From: Candidatus Nomurabacteria bacterium CG_4_10_14_0_2_um_filter_30_12
Lineage (GTDB): Bacteria; Patescibacteriota; Minisyncoccia; Phycocordibacterales; UBA9973
DNA: 32,097 nt
Reading direction: 5' to 3'
NCBI GenBank assembly: GCA_002792755.1
Contig: PFOY01000023.1
Coordinates: forward strand, 1-32,097
Shown: positions 8,146-15,684 of the stretch, piece by piece
How the letters are laid out: each line of letters starts with the position of its first letter
Numbering within the stretch: position 1 is the first letter of the stretch
Translations under genes and position numbers: made by a program
Notes under the pieces: model-generated
The model's database searches: none
What the model was told of the DNA's origin: nothing
What the model saw: only the letters and a program-made list of their open reading frames with translations

Positions 8146-10062
8146 TTAGAACTTTACTTTTTCTTCTTTTCCAATGATTACATTACTTGGTTGGAATAAT
8201 TTATTTAATTGAACTACATTTTTCTTTGTAGACATACTACCATCTCTATTTAATTTAATTTCAAGAAGCATTCCTTGCATTGTATTTTGAGAAAAACCTT
8301 GATCAAAAATAAAATTACCTAATGAGTATGCTATAAATCCCATGCACGAAATTTGAGTGCAAGATTTTGAGCTATAAACTTCTGTGTCTTCTATCACGTG
8401 AGGGTGAGTGCCTATTACTATCTTTGCGCCAGCATCTATTGCTTTATGTGCTAGATATTCTTGTCTTGCATTGTGTTTAGTTTTATATTCATCACCAAAA
8501 TGAAATGATACTATTAAATAGTCGACTTGTTTTGAAGCGTCTTGCACTATTTTAGTAAAATTTGGATTATTAGCAAGTAGTAAACCAGCTTTATCTATTG
8601 TCACTTTCATAGAATTTGGTCCTACATCTGAGAATCCTAAATATCCTATTTTCATTCCATATTTTTCGATAATTGTTGGTTGTACTGCTTCTTGTTCTGT
8701 CAATCCTCCACCTGTATATAGAATTTCATTTTCTTTTAAATGAGCTAATGAATCAATGTATGCATCACGTCCCCAGTCTCCAACATGGTTGTTTGCTACT
8801 GAGACTATAGATATACCTGCACCTTTTAATGCTGGTGCTACAGAAGTATTCATTCTAAATGAATATAGATTGTGTATATCTTTACCAACATCAGATATTG
8901 GACCTTCTAGGTTTATAAAAGAGATATCAGATTTTTTTAATATTAATAATTTATCAAAAAGTGCTGAATAGTTTCCTTTGAAATTTTTATTTATTGAATT
9001 TTTTACTCCACGGTCTAGCATAGCATCTCCACCAAAAAGAAGAGTCACATAATCTTTATCATATATCGGTGGTAGGTCAGTCCTTTCTTTTACCCATGCT
9101 GTATTTGCATCAGCTTCTCCTCCATAATATATATTTTTATTTAAATATTGTAATAAATTTTCTACATCTTTATAACGATCTTTACTTTGTAATAATGTGA
9201 TAGCTATATTACGTGTACCTGTCTCTCCTAATGGAATTGAGAAAAGAGAGACTACAGTCTCTTTTGCTGGGTCTGTATAGCCACTTTTGCCACCTAAATA
9301 ACCATCCTCTAATAGAAATTGATTTGTACTAAACCAATTATGACTTTTTGTGGAATAACTTTTTTTTGTTGTTATTTGCAACAAGTCTGGTTTTTTTTGG
9401 TCTATATATCCAGCTAATTTAAACATATCAAGAACAGTTGATTGATTTTTAGAAGAAAGTCCACTAGGATCGCTAAATGTTGTTTTTGATAGATCTAGTC
9501 TTAAAGCTTCCTGATTCATTTTTTTGAGAAAAATATTTCTATCAAAATGTTCAGCTATTATTTCGGCTGCATCATTACTTGATTCTAAGAGTAATGGATA
9601 AATAAGATCTGTAACTTTTATTTTTTCTCCTAATTTAAAATTACCATTTTGTCCATAAGTAGATAATGCCTTTTTTGAAACTTTTGTTATGTCGTCTTCT
9701 CTAGTCAGGTCTGTGGCTACTGTAGCTGTCATTAACTTAGAGACAGAAGCTATTGGAAATTGTTGATCCTGGTTTTTTGAAATTATGATTTCTCCTGTGT
9801 CTAAGTCTCCAATTAGATATGCATTTGCACTTATTTTTGGTTTTTGATTCGAATCCTTTTTAGCATAAAAGTATTTTTGCATCGTGTTTATTTCTATTGT
9901 AGATCCTATAGTCATTGCAGTATTTGTGTTTGGGTTTAATTTTTGAGTTTGTATCTTTTTTGAAACATTATTAAAAATAAAAGACATAAAAAATATACCA
10001 ATAATGATTGCTGATATTGTCCAAATTATAGATTTAATTTTTTCTTTTAAGATGTGATGCAT
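8146..10062 (-). CDS. membrane-anchored D-alanyl-D-alanine carboxypeptidase (peptidase S11) fused to a CapA/PGA_cap metallophosphatase-like domain
   Basis: An N-terminal TM segment is followed by S11 motifs SVSKLMT (SxxK), ESSNDAAE (SxN) and GKSGYT. The C-terminal half carries CapA-type motifs GGDAMLDRG, INLEGP, SVANNHVGDWG, VSFHFGDEY, GTHPHV and YSLGNFIFDQ. Confidence 0.85.
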   Translation of the reverse strand: MHHILKEKIKSIIWTISAIIIGIFFMSFIFNNVSKKIQTQKLNPNTNTAMTIGSTIEINTMQKYFYAKKDSNQKPKISANAYLIGDLDTGEIIISKNQDQQFPIASVSKLMTATVATDLTREDDITKVSKKALSTYGQNGNFKLGEKIKVTDLIYPLLLESSNDAAEIIAEHFDRNIFLKKMNQEALRLDLSKTTFSDPSGLSSKNQSTVLDMFKLAGYIDQKKPDLLQITTKKSYSTKSHNWFSTNQFLLEDGYLGGKSGYTDPAKETVVSLFSIPLGETGTRNIAITLLQSKDRYKDVENLLQYLNKNIYYGGEADANTAWVKERTDLPPIYDKDYVTLLFGGDAMLDRGVKNSINKNFKGNYSALFDKLLILKKSDISFINLEGPISDVGKDIHNLYSFRMNTSVAPALKGAGISIVSVANNHVGDWGRDAYIDSLAHLKENEILYTGGGLTEQEAVQPTIIEKYGMKIGYLGFSDVGPNSMKVTIDKAGLLLANNPNFTKIVQDASKQVDYLIVSFHFGDEYKTKHNARQEYLAHKAIDAGAKIVIGTHPHVIEDTEVYSSKSCTQISCMGFIAYSLGNFIFDQGFSQNTMQGMLLEIKLNRDGSMSTKKNVVQLNKLFQPSNVIIGKEEKVKF

Positions 10063-10068
10063 GCTTAA

Positions 10069-12054
10069 TTATGTTGTTAATATATAATCTATAGTTTTTC
10101 TTTCTAAATCAACGTTTTTTACTTTTATTGTTACATTATCACCGAGGTGATATTTTTTCTTCTTTTTTTGCCCAACTAATTCTAATTTCTTTTCATTAAA
10201 AATATAAAAATCATCTCCCATATCTTTTACTCGTATTAGTCCTTCACATTTTGTTTCTATTTCTTCTACATAAAGACCCCATTCTGTAACACCGCTTATG
10301 GTGCCTTTAAAAGTTTGTGAAATACGAGAAGACATATATTCAACTTGTTTATATTTTATTGAGGCTCTTTCAGCATCGGAAGCATATTTTTCTCGTTCTG
10401 ATGCATGTCTTGAAATTTCTTCATAAATATTTAGTTTTTCTTTCCCAACCTTTGATTTATTTAAGTAATCTGTTAAAAGTCTATGTACTACTATGTCTGG
10501 ATATCGTCTTATGGGTGATGTAAAATGAGCATAATATGGAAATGCTAGACCATAATGTCCTACATTTTTTGTAGAATAAATTGCTTTTGCCATAGAACGT
10601 ATGATTGCACGATTTACTGTGCCTTCTTCACTTTTACCTTCTAAACTTTTCAAAAGAGTATTTATTTCTTTTGTTGGAATAACTCCATCTACTAAAGATA
10701 TTTTGTGTCCTAATCCTCGTAAAAAAAATGCTAAATCTGTCATTTTTTCTTTACTTGGATTATCATGTATTCGATATACAAACACTCCACCATCCTTTTT
10801 TGTACCCTTAGAAATAGTTTCAGCGACTTTTTTATTTGCCAATAACATAAATTCCTCAATTAATTTATTTGAATCACCTCGTTCTTTTTTTATTATTTTT
10901 ATGGGTACTCCATTTTTATCTAAGACGAATTTTACTTCTTCTTGTTCGAGAGATATGGCACCATTTACAAATCTTTCTGTTGTGAGTTTTTTCGCTAAAT
11001 TATTTAAAATTGAGAGTTCTTTGTGTAATGGTGCCTCATTTTTTTTTATTGATTCTTCTGCTTCTTTGTAAGAGAATCTTTTTTGAGAATGTATTACAGT
11101 ACGTCCATACCATTCTTTTTTTATTTGTGCATTTTTGTCTATAATAAAGACTGTACTCATTGTGAGTCTGTCTTTATTTGGCATAAGGGAACAAAGGTCA
11201 TTTGAAAGTGTTTCTGGGAGCATTGGTATTGTTCTGTCTACTAAATATACAGAAGTTCCTCTATTTTTTGCTTCACGATCAAGCTCACTTCCTGTTTTTA
11301 CATAATGTGATACATCTGCTATATGTATTCCTATTTCATACATACCCTCCATAGCTTTAGCGTAGGAGGGGTCGTTTCCATTTATTTCTTTAAATGAAAT
11401 AGCATCATCAAAATCTTTTGCATCTTCTGGATCAATTGTGAATGTTAAAGTTTTTCTAAAATCACATCGATTTTTATAATCTTCATCTTTAATACTAAGA
11501 TTTTTTATTTTTCTTGCTTCTTCTTCTACTTTTTGAGGGAAGTCGCTATTGAAACCTTTTTCCATTGCAATAGCATACATTTCTGCATTATTTTCTCCTG
11601 GTTGTCCTAGAACTTTTATTATTTTTCCTTCTGGTCTCTTTTGCGAATCTTTCCATGATGTTATTTCTGCATAAACTTTTTGGCCTGGTTTAGCACTATT
11701 TAAAAATTTTTCAAGTATTAAAATATCAGTATACATTTTAGTATCGTCTGGTTTTAAGAAATATTTATCATTTTCTTTTTCTAATACTCCAGAAAAACCA
11801 ATTTTTGCACGAGAAATTATTTTTGATACTTTTGCAGTAAGTCTCCCATGTCCTTTTTTGTTTAATATTATTTCAACAGTATCTCCATGAAGTGCTGTGT
11901 TTAAGTCTTTAAAGTTAATTTCTGGGTCTTTACTGACCTCTATCGAGACTTTATTCAATATTCTCACATATCCAGTACCTTTTGAGGTAATAGAGATTAT
12001 ACCTTTCATTATTTTATCTATTTTTCTTATTTCTTTCTTATGTTCTTTTTTCAT
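10069..12054 (-). CDS. rnr: ribonuclease R
   Basis: RNB motifs are FTIDPEDAKDFDDAISF, HIADVSHYV, SVYLVDRTIPMLP and HFTSPIRRYPDIVVHR. A C-terminal S1 domain is present (FKGTISGVTEWGLYVEE). Confidence 0.93.
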   Translation of the reverse strand: MKKEHKKEIRKIDKIMKGIISITSKGTGYVRILNKVSIEVSKDPEINFKDLNTALHGDTVEIILNKKGHGRLTAKVSKIISRAKIGFSGVLEKENDKYFLKPDDTKMYTDILILEKFLNSAKPGQKVYAEITSWKDSQKRPEGKIIKVLGQPGENNAEMYAIAMEKGFNSDFPQKVEEEARKIKNLSIKDEDYKNRCDFRKTLTFTIDPEDAKDFDDAISFKEINGNDPSYAKAMEGMYEIGIHIADVSHYVKTGSELDREAKNRGTSVYLVDRTIPMLPETLSNDLCSLMPNKDRLTMSTVFIIDKNAQIKKEWYGRTVIHSQKRFSYKEAEESIKKNEAPLHKELSILNNLAKKLTTERFVNGAISLEQEEVKFVLDKNGVPIKIIKKERGDSNKLIEEFMLLANKKVAETISKGTKKDGGVFVYRIHDNPSKEKMTDLAFFLRGLGHKISLVDGVIPTKEINTLLKSLEGKSEEGTVNRAIIRSMAKAIYSTKNVGHYGLAFPYYAHFTSPIRRYPDIVVHRLLTDYLNKSKVGKEKLNIYEEISRHASEREKYASDAERASIKYKQVEYMSSRISQTFKGTISGVTEWGLYVEEIETKCEGLIRVKDMGDDFYIFNEKKLELVGQKKKKKYHLGDNVTIKVKNVDLERKTIDYILTT

Positions 12055-12159
12055 CCTGTTAGAAATTTATGCTTAATTATTAATGTTTAATTCCAATAGC
12101 CCGTTTTCAATATTTACGTTGTTTCTAACGGGATTCACTCTTTTAATATAGCATATTAT

Positions 12160-12187
12160 TTGCTCTTTTATATAAAGAGTTCATAAT
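12160..12187 (+). promoter_or_regulatory. putative promoter TTGCTC - 16 nt - CATAAT, 6 nt before the ATG at 12194
   Basis: Hexamers read directly. No Shine-Dalgarno sequence lies between the -10 and the start codon. Confidence 0.45.
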
Positions 12188-12193
12188 TAAGTT

Positions 12194-12709
12194 ATGAAAA
12201 ATAATAAAGGTTTTATTGGAATAGGTATTATATTAGCAATAATTATTATTTTAATAATCGGTGGTATTGCGTATTATTTGGGGATAAAAAATAGTTTAAT
12301 TTCTCAAAATATAGAAGTAGATAATTTGAAACCAGTAGAAAATAGTGATGAAGTAGATACAGAAGAACCACCAATTGAATTTTTTCACAATCAGCCAGGT
12401 GATATAAAATCAATCACAAAAGAGAACAATCAGTGGATATTGGCAGTTGATTTATTAAGTAGAAATCCAGATTGGCTTCCGGGTGTTGATAGTACTGGAG
12501 AATTTTTTATTAATCAAAATCCCAAAATTAGAAATCTTAGTGTTACAGAAAATACAAAAACTTATAATTGCCAACAAGACGTAGAAGCAAGTTTTTTAAT
12601 GAATACAGCAATATTTATATCTAATTTACAAAAAGCTAGCTACAAGACGGTTTATTTTGATATTAATGGAACAAACGTTACGGCTATGTATCAACAATGT
12701 TTACCGTAA
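12194..12709 (+). CDS. hypothetical membrane-anchored secreted protein (paralogous leader with 13110..13802)
   Basis: The N-terminal signal-anchor is MKNNKGFIGIGIILAIIIILIIGGIAYYLGIKNS, followed by a soluble domain of unknown family. Confidence 0.7.
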   Translation: MKNNKGFIGIGIILAIIIILIIGGIAYYLGIKNSLISQNIEVDNLKPVENSDEVDTEEPPIEFFHNQPGDIKSITKENNQWILAVDLLSRNPDWLPGVDSTGEFFINQNPKIRNLSVTENTKTYNCQQDVEASFLMNTAIFISNLQKASYKTVYFDINGTNVTAMYQQCLP

Positions 12710-12716
12710 TATTAAT

Positions 12717-12745
12717 TTGCGTCATTTTTAGTAAATTGATATAAT
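12717..12745 (+). promoter_or_regulatory. putative extended -10 promoter TTGCGT - 17 nt - (TGa)TATAAT, 6 nt before the ATG at 12752
   Basis: -35 at 12717-12722, TG at 12737-12738 and consensus TATAAT at 12740-12745. Confidence 0.5.
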
Positions 12746-12751
12746 ACAAGT

Positions 12752-12970
12752 ATGAGTACTTTGGTATTAAAAAATCAAATAAAACCAATAAATTACGAGA
12801 AAAATCTTCGAAAGATTTTGGGCTGGGAGGATATGGAAGCAAAGATATTAAGAAAATCTGCTGGTATGCTTAAAGGTGTTTTGAAAAAGTCTGGAGTAGT
12901 TTATCAAAGAGAAGTCAGAAAAGAATGGGAAGATAGAGTAAAAAAACTAGAAAAACAACCCAAAAAATAA
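12752..12970 (+). CDS. small charged protein, possible antitoxin (VapB-like) of a decayed TA pair
   Basis: 72 aa, lying 1 nt upstream of a PIN-toxin remnant. The C-terminal segment SGVVYQREVRKEWEDR resembles the xxRxEWxxR tails I associate with some small antitoxins. The family assignment is from memory and is not verified. Confidence 0.4.
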   Translation: MSTLVLKNQIKPINYEKNLRKILGWEDMEAKILRKSAGMLKGVLKKSGVVYQREVRKEWEDRVKKLEKQPKK

Positions 12971-12971
12971 C

Positions 12972-13094
12972 ATGATGTATCTACTAGATTCAATTATTCT
13001 TGCTACCGCAATATCACGAAGAATGATATTAGTCACAAATGACAAGATATTAATAAAAAAAGCGAAAAATTTAGTCAAAATATTATTATTGTAA
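12972..13094 (+). pseudogene. remnant of a PIN-domain (VapC-like) toxin, 40 codons
   Basis: The translation is MMYLLDSIILATAISRRMILVTNDKILIKKAKNLVKILLL. A PIN N-terminus (YLLDS) is joined directly to a PIN C-terminal segment (IILATAI...ILVTNDK). The central ~90 residues carrying the other acidic catalytic residues are missing. Confidence 0.45.
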
Positions 13095-13109
13095 TGTTTT
13101 AAAAAATCT

Positions 13110-13802
13110 ATGAAAAACAATAAAGGTTTTATAGGATTAGGTTTTATATTAGTAATAATTGCAGTGTTAGTCGTTGGTGGTGGTGCATATTATTTGGGGA
13201 CAAAAAATAGTGATGTGTCGAAAAATACAGAAGAAAATTTGCCAGTAGAAAATCAAAATAATGTTGTTGGTTCTGGTGCATTAGAAGTTCCTGCTGGGCC
13301 TTTTTTAGATGAATCTAATTATGTTCCACCTCCTTCATTAAAAAAAGATGATATAAATACTGTTATAGAAACAACTAAAACACTTAATACTTTAGATTGG
13401 AAAACTTATAAAAATATAGAGTATAATTTTGAAATTAAATATCCATCAACAATAACTCCGGAAGTTAAAATATCTAATCAAGGAAAACCAACGCAAGTCA
13501 CAACCATTTCTATGGGTCAAATGTTAATAGTTGTTCCCAGCTATTTTCGTGATATGACAATAGATCAAATATTGGAAGGTAAGTCTGTATCATCTACTGT
13601 TAAAAATATACAAGTAGATGGGAAAAAAGCAGTATCTGTGTCCGACAAAGAAAGCAAGTATACTTATGTAGTAACTTATATATTAAAACCTGATAATAAA
13701 AATGTATATATGACTATTAGTTATAATATTTGGTCTTTACCAGATAACATATATAACAATATGTATCAGCAAATGTTTGATACATTGAAATTTATTTTTT
13801 AA
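13110..13802 (+). CDS. hypothetical membrane-anchored secreted protein (paralogous leader with 12194..12709)
   Basis: N-terminal MKNNKGFIGLGFILVIIAVLVVGGGAYYLGTKNS, then an unrelated C-terminal domain (DWKTYKNIEYNFEIKYP...). Confidence 0.7.
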   Translation: MKNNKGFIGLGFILVIIAVLVVGGGAYYLGTKNSDVSKNTEENLPVENQNNVVGSGALEVPAGPFLDESNYVPPPSLKKDDINTVIETTKTLNTLDWKTYKNIEYNFEIKYPSTITPEVKISNQGKPTQVTTISMGQMLIVVPSYFRDMTIDQILEGKSVSSTVKNIQVDGKKAVSVSDKESKYTYVVTYILKPDNKNVYMTISYNIWSLPDNIYNNMYQQMFDTLKFIF

Positions 13803-13840
13803 TAAACTTATCTAAATATTATTATATTAAATTTTAAATT

Positions 13841-13868
13841 TGCCTTTTATAAAATTTATGTTAGACTG
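13841..13868 (+). promoter_or_regulatory. putative promoter of rpsP: TTGCCT - 16 nt - TAGACT with upstream TG
   Basis: Same geometry and near-identical sequence (TATGTTAGACT versus TATGTTAGTAT) as the rpmF site. It would give a ~105-nt leader. Confidence 0.45.
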
Positions 13869-13980
13869 TCTTTACTTGTCCCGTATTAAATTTTTGATTA
13901 AGTAAAATTAAGAAAAAAGAGAAAAGGGATGAATTGTAAAAGTTGAAGTTATTATTAATAAGTAAAATTTTAATACTGGG

Positions 13981-14289
13981 ATGTTAAAAATAAGATTACA
14001 AAGAATAGGAAGGAAGAACGACTCATCATTTCGGGCAGTTTTAACTGATTCTAAAAACAGTACAAAGAGTGGAAGATTTTTAGAAATAGTAGGTACATAT
14101 AATCCAAAAGCTGGTGAGACTAATTTTAAGACTGATAGAATAAAATATTGGGTAGGAAAAGGTGCTCAGCTTTCTGATACAATGCATAATTTTATGGTGC
14201 ATCAAAAGGTAGTAGAAGGTAAGAAGAAAAATGTATTACCTAAAAAGAAACCAACATTAAAACGTAAGGAGTTGAAAGCTAAAAAATAG
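13981..14289 (+). CDS. rpsP: 30S ribosomal protein S16
   Basis: Canonical S16 N-terminus MLKIRLQRIGRKNDSSFRAV...YNP, followed by a basic C-terminal tail. Confidence 0.93.
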   Translation: MLKIRLQRIGRKNDSSFRAVLTDSKNSTKSGRFLEIVGTYNPKAGETNFKTDRIKYWVGKGAQLSDTMHNFMVHQKVVEGKKKNVLPKKKPTLKRKELKAKK

Positions 14290-14383
14290 TTGTGTATAAT
14301 GTAGATAAGCAGTGATAGTAATTTCTTAAGGTCGTAACGCTGCAGAATGATAAAAGATTAAAAAGTAAAATATTAGAAACATT

Positions 14384-14719
14384 ATGGAAGAAGCAGATAA
14401 GGTATTTCTAGAGTATGTAGTAAAGGCATTAGTAGATAATCCGAACGATATAAAACTCGATCGTACTGTCGATGAAATGGGTGTACTTATTTCTCTTACA
14501 GTAAATCCTGCTGATATGGGTAAGATTATAGGAAGAATGGGTAATACAGCAAAAGCTATTCGTACATTGTTACGAATTATAGGTATGAAGAATAATGCTC
14601 GTGTTAATTTGAAAATTAACGAACCAGAAGGTGGAATGAGACCTGAACCTAAATTCGAAAATGCAGGAAGTTCAACAAAGACTGTTGATCAAGCTATGGA
14701 AGATTTGAAGGGAATATAA
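14384..14719 (+). CDS. KH domain RNA-binding protein (YlqC/UPF0109-like) with a C-terminal extension
   Basis: VVKALVDNPNDIKL and the GxxG-type KH segment GKIIGRMGNTAKAIRTLL. It occupies the position after rpsP seen in many bacteria. Confidence 0.85.
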   Translation: MEEADKVFLEYVVKALVDNPNDIKLDRTVDEMGVLISLTVNPADMGKIIGRMGNTAKAIRTLLRIIGMKNNARVNLKINEPEGGMRPEPKFENAGSSTKTVDQAMEDLKGI

Positions 14720-14743
14720 TTAAGTGTTAGTTTTTAGGTTCTA

Positions 14744-14772
14744 AAAAAACTCAGAGAAATCTGAGTTTTTTG
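14744..14772 (+). terminator. rho-independent terminator after the KH gene
   Basis: AAAAAACTCAGA (14744-14755) pairs with TCTGAGTTTTTT (14760-14771) across a GAAA loop. The stem ends in a T-run. Confidence 0.7.
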
Positions 14773-14773
14773 T

Positions 14774-14802
14774 TTGCTTTTATTTTCTAAAATTTATAGA
14801 CT
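14774..14802 (+). promoter_or_regulatory. putative promoter of trmD: TTGCTT - 17 nt - TAGACT
   Basis: -35 at 14774-14779 and -10 at 14797-14802. The 42-nt leader contains the CTAGAACCTA repeats. Confidence 0.45.
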
Positions 14803-14844
14803 AGATTAACTAGAACCTAGCAACTAGTTACTAGAACCTAATTT

Positions 14845-15546
14845 ATGCGTTTTCATATAATTACAATTTTCCCAGATATTTTTGATTCATATTTAAATGA
14901 GTCTATTATTGGGCGGGCTATAAAGAATAAGCTTATTTCTGTTAAGTTTTATAATCCAAGAGATTTTATTAAGGGAAATAAAAGTAATTACAAACCTGTA
15001 GATGATAAACCTTATGGTGGAGGTCCAGGAATGGTGATGCGGGCGGAACCTATTTTAAAAGCTGTAGAGGCAGTTTTTAAAAAAATTACGAATTACGAAT
15101 TACGAATTAAAAATAAAAAATCTAAAGTTTTGATAATTAACTTTATTCCTAGTGCAGAAAAATTTACTACTGCTTATGCAAAGACAATTTTTAAAAAATA
15201 TACAGACGTTATTTTAATTTGTGGAAGATATGAAGGAATAGATGCAAGAGTAGACAAGATTTTAAAAACTAAGAAACTTTCAATAGGGGATTATGTTCTA
15301 ACCGGTGGAGAAATCCCAGCCATGATTCTAGTTGATTGTGTTTCTCGTCAAATAGAAGGTGTACTTGGTAACTATGATTCTCGTGAAGAAGAAAGAATAT
15401 CTTCCAGTGAAGTTTATACAAGACCAGAAGTTTTAAAATATCCATTCAACGCTGTTCATGGTAAAAAAAGTAAAAATTATAAAGTACCTAAGGTTTTACT
15501 TTCAGGAAACCATAAAAATATAGAAGAGTGGAAACAGAAAAAGTAA
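14845..15546 (+). CDS. trmD: tRNA (guanine37-N1)-methyltransferase
   Basis: TrmD motifs DDKPYGGGPGMVM, ICGRYEGIDARV and GDYVLTGGEIPAMILVD. Confidence 0.93.
   Translation: MRFHIITIFPDIFDSYLNESIIGRAIKNKLISVKFYNPRDFIKGNKSNYKPVDDKPYGGGPGMVMRAEPILKAVEAVFKKITNYELRIKNKKSKVLIINFIPSAEKFTTAYAKTIFKKYTDVILICGRYEGIDARVDKILKTKKLSIGDYVLTGGEIPAMILVDCVSRQIEGVLGNYDSREEERISSSEVYTRPEVLKYPFNAVHGKKSKNYKVPKVLLSGNHKNIEEWKQKK
15085..15108 (+). repeat. tandem heptamer (ATTACGA x 3.4) inside trmD
   Basis: ATTACGAATTACGAATTACGAATT read directly. It is translated in frame as ITNYELRI, in a variable loop of TrmD. Confidence 0.9.
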
Positions 15547-15629
15547 TTCCTTAGTCTAGCATATATGCTAGGTTAAGAAATAGGTTGCGTTAGGCAAGGC
15601 CTAACGCAGATTATCTTATAGAAAAAGAA

Positions 15630-15684
15630 AAAATCCGACCTCCAGTAGGATTTTTTCCTACTGAGAACCGGATTTTGTTTTTTT
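15630..15684. terminator. bidirectional terminator between trmD and the convergent membrane-protein gene
   Basis: The outer stem pairs AAAATCCG (15630-15637) with CGGATTTT (15669-15676). The inner stem pairs CAGTAGGA (15643-15650) with TCCTACTG (15656-15663). A T-run follows on the plus strand and a T-rich tract follows on the minus strand. Confidence 0.6.

Noticed and set aside
10601-11071. 156-aa plus-strand ORF inside rnr. Similar antisense or out-of-frame ORFs occur at 147..431, 662..877, 2255..2681, 2924..3109, 6318..6524, 8756..8971, 10317..10523, 18019..18312, 18759..19052, 19420..19608, 19951..20190, 22575..22968, 25097..25585 and 30335..30736.
   Set aside because: All lie entirely within strongly supported conserved genes on the other strand or frame. 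They have low-complexity Ser/Phe/Leu/Ile-rich translations typical of AT-rich shadow ORFs.
12194-12300. Type IV pilin or pseudopilin signal in the MKNNKGFIG... leaders (also at 13110)
   Set aside because: The prepilin motif needs G/F(M)-x-x-x-E with Glu at +5 after the cleavage site. Here the residues after KG are FIGIG and FIGLG with no Glu, so these are ordinary signal-anchors.
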